From Eledone cirrhosa (Eukaryota): a stretch of DNA of 64,000 bases. Under the pieces are notes generated by a model, which was given only the letters and a program-made list of their open reading frames with translations, ran no database searches and was not told where the DNA came from. Position numbers and translations under genes: made by a program. This document shows, piece by piece, positions 60,550 to 64,000 of this stretch (within the stretch, counting starts at the first letter, position 1; each line of letters starts with the position of its first letter). The DNA lies in NCBI GenBank assembly GCA_964016885.1, contig OZ024749.1, positions 24,986,001 through 25,050,000 of the forward strand. Direction: 5' to 3'.

Positions 60550-61157
60550 AACGTCTGAACATAATGCAATACAATTTCCATTATCACAGCTCCCGTTTCT
60601 CTCGCTCTTCCCAACTTTCACTATTATCAGCAAATGGAGGCACACGTGCTGGCCACCCCACGGTTCCGGCAAACAGAATAGAGAAGGAGTTTCCCCGGTG
60701 CATAGTGAAGGTGACACATTGGAAGAACTATTCCAGCTCGGGAGGCTCATACCCACTGGTAGACAACTCCGTGCCATTGGTTGGTGAGTAGGGGGAGTTA
60801 TTTTGGGGCCAAGGACACCGGAAGTCTCCACTGCGACCGGAAGTCGCCCGCAAACACGTCGGAGAGCGACCAATATATTAACAATTAAGATTGGAATATA
60901 CTTAAATTATTGTGTGATTTGATTAGGTAGGACGACGTTCCGCGGAGTAAGCAATTATGTAACAATGCCTAAAAAAAGGACTGCATAAGGGAGAGTAAAC
61001 GTGGAGTGGGTCTCACGCAGCATGGGCCTAACACGTTTCATTTGCAGCAATCTATTCCATGTTGTTACAGTCTCTGAGATATATGAACAGAAGGAAACAA
61101 AGTTTATGATTAGTTCTATATCCACTTTAGACTCACACAAGCCACCACATGAATACA

Positions 61158-61261
<104 letters not shown>

Positions 61262-61554
61262 TACATACATATATATGATTGCATGGGAGAATAGTTAAAA
61301 TAATTATAATGATTAGACGATTATTGCAACATCAGCATCTTTCTATTTATTCATGCCCTACGGATATTATTACTATTAAAGGTTTGCTGAACACATAAGG
61401 AGAAACCGCTTGGCACCGCGGTCGGGATAATTCAGAACTCTCTCTTTCTCTCTCTCCCTCTCTCTCTCTATCTATCTATCTATATCTATCTCCCTATATA
61501 TATAGAGATATATAAGTAGATTCCCGACGTGCGATGGCGGGTAAACACAGTCAT

Positions 61555-61591
<37 letters not shown>

Positions 61592-61633
61592 GCAGCGATT
61601 CTTTGCTTAAGCTTTAATCTGTTATTTTAATAA

Positions 61634-61682
<49 letters not shown>

Positions 61683-61822
61683 CTGAGCATATGTGGTTGT
61701 TGATATGATTCTAGTTCTTCAGAAGGATAACAACACGAGCAGGAGCTGGAAATATCGATGTATTGACGGAGTAAAACAAACTTAAACAACATGTGTACTC
61801 CTCTTTCCCACACCAGTTCTGT

Positions 61823-61875
61823 TTGCCTGAAGAGGTCACAGCCAATGATGGCTGTCACCGAAATATATATAGCAG
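61823..61875 (+). ncRNA. Type I hammerhead
   Basis: UUGC-CUGAAGA-GGUcACAGCCA auga UGGCUGUcACC-GAAAUAUAUAUA^GCAG. Confidence 0.75.
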
Positions 61876-61933
61876 TATATCTATAATTTATAAGGAAAGA
61901 AACCAAATTTTACATATTTGACTTAATTATTAT

Positions 61934-62055
<122 letters not shown>

Positions 62056-62449
62056 TCAACAGACCTCGAAAGATTTCACTCGTCTGAAATCAGGATAATC
62101 CTGATGATTTCAGATATATACATAATTATAGAGATGGATGGAGAGATACTTGTGCAGCTGCTAGATAGGTTGTAAATAGATACATATATAGTTAGATAGT
62201 GAGATAGACATATAAAGAGATTGATACAGAGATATATGGATAGATAGATAGATATATTTCTTTCTTTATTTGCCACAGGGGCATACACAAATAGGACATT
62301 ACAAGACGTGACGGCGGGTGTTTTACATAAAAATAACTTTCACATTAATAGATAGAGAGATAGATAGATAGATAGATACATATATTTCTTTATTAGCCAC
62401 AGGACAAATACAAAGGGGGAAGTTTACATACAATAAAAACGTGTAAAAT

Positions 62450-62485
<36 letters not shown>

Positions 62486-62495
62486 TATAGATAGA

Positions 62496-64000
62496 TTTCT
62501 TTATTTACCATAAAGGCATAAAAAAAAGGGACAAATATAAAGGAGGAGTTTACATACAATCGAGTAAAAAGGGTATAAAATGGAAATAATCGAAAATAAC
62601 CTCAAAAGGGAGGGGACGTGATGGGGGTTGCACACACCCCCGAAAAAGTGTGCAATCCTTTTCCCGGGGAGCACATGGAGAAGGTGCTCCCCTCTCCTTT
62701 ACTTCTTTACCTACAGGATGGTATACAGAGAAGGCCCATTTACACGAGCCATTCTCGCCACTATCACCCACCTTTCATAAAACTGCCTGTGGCCAAGCAC
62801 CTCTCTCTCCATTCTTATCCTTCTTCCGAAGTGATATCGGAAGAAGTAGAGCAGACTATGGCCAGAGAGGAAGTTGCCTGACCTCAGACCTTTCAATCGT
62901 GTCCACCAAACAACCTCTTTCAGCATGGCTATTACGCACAGAAAAACCGCCTTTGCTTCCTTTGTGAAGAGGGGAGGCGGTTTGATTGTCATCACGGACT
63001 CGGCGCACCCGAGACAGCAGTCGTTCGGCGTAGCCCCACAGATCAGCCACGCCCGGACATTGCACCTATGCGTACGCAACGGTTTCTTCGTGACGCACGC
63101 ATCTAGGGCAAATCTTTTTTGAGGGATCCCTGCCCGGGCGCCCGTGTCTGTAGAGCCTCTCTCGAACGGGTAGAGCCCCCCGGTAGCATTGCCAGGCTAG
63201 TGACTTCTGGAAGTTGTCCATTGGTCCCGGGTCGAAATTCCTACCGAACAGGCTGGCCAGTTCGTCTTCTTCCATGTCCAGCGACTCTCCAAGGGTGTCA
63301 TCGCCCCGGCTAGCTACCAGCCCTCTATAGAATGATGAGGTGGATTCTCCACCGACGGCCTGGCCCGCTTGCCAGAGAGCCTGAGCGTCTGAGTACACTC
63401 AGTGTGCCAGTCTCCCAGTTTTCCGGATCTTTGCTTGACCCAGGACTGCAGCTCGGTGAGCGAGACGAGGCTGGGAAAGGCTCGTTTCACGAACGGAGCC
63501 CACACCGGTTGACCAGTGAGTAATACCTGTAGGTGCCGTAGCCTTAATGCGTGCCTACGCATCATCAACCACGGCATCCCCAGCCCTCCTTTCGAAGGTT
63601 GTTGGCAGCAGATGGATCTTCTCACCATAGGAGGGCGCTTCTTCCAAAGAAATTGGAAGAGCATGCGTTCCATGGTGGTGAGTGTTTCCTTAGGGCAAGG
63701 CACGACAGTCAGGCGGTAGTAAGTGACGGACGCTATGTAAATGTTCGCCACCTCCGCCCGCCCTTTTAGGGACAGCTTACACTTGGCCCATTTCTGGGTT
63801 AGTGCAAAAACCTTGTTCGTAACCTCGTTCCAGTTCTTTTCCACCTGGAGGTCCGGTCCAAACCAGACCCCAAGCAACGTTACCGGGCCCTCCGTCCAGT
63901 GTCCGACGACACCGTCGGGAGGCATCGGTCTGCCTCTCCACGTTCCGAGTTACAGCCCGATGGATTTTTCCCGGTTCAGTTTCGCTCCTGACAACCTTTC
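62496..64000 (-). mobile_element. Tx1/L1-clade LINE, 3' part of ORF2 plus 3' UTR (disrupted; runs off the window)
   Basis: LLGVWFG, LSLKGRAEVAN, SKGGLG and ALPVRERL..CPRC..EETV. Stop codons at ~63950 and 63066, frameshift at ~63380; AATAAA followed by (TCTA)n. Confidence 0.9.

Noticed and set aside
60486-60873. GC-richer ORFs next to the SINE
   Set aside because: No recognisable domain or splice support; probably an unclassified repeat fragment.

Overview
Gene-free, AT-rich animal DNA dominated by (TA)n/(CA)n microsatellites and transposon debris. The SINE family and repeat landscape suggest an octopus/cephalopod genome (inference). I can support no host protein-coding gene; almost all ORF-track entries are translated microsatellites. 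Recognisable coding relics are four Penelope-like element (PLE) fragments (one near-complete RT + GIY-YIG), the 3' part of a Tx1-like LINE ORF2, RTE-like fragments and a very decayed ISL2EU-like transposase. Also present are about 10 tRNA-derived SINE copies and a Helitron-like element. The main unexplained structure, found by manual folding, is about 35 type I hammerhead ribozyme (HHR) motifs from a dozen or more sequence families. They lie in short non-coding cassettes inserted into (TA)n tracts. The cassettes form near-identical tandem arrays with one HHR per unit (591 bp and 628 bp periods; retrozyme-like) and head-to-head fold-backs. Many HHRs have palindromic stem III, and four families use the compensatory U3-A8 core. 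A local ~4-kb tandem duplication preserves the empty sites, which indicates that the 591-bp HHR array inserted recently. All folds and coordinates were derived by eye and need computational and biochemical confirmation.
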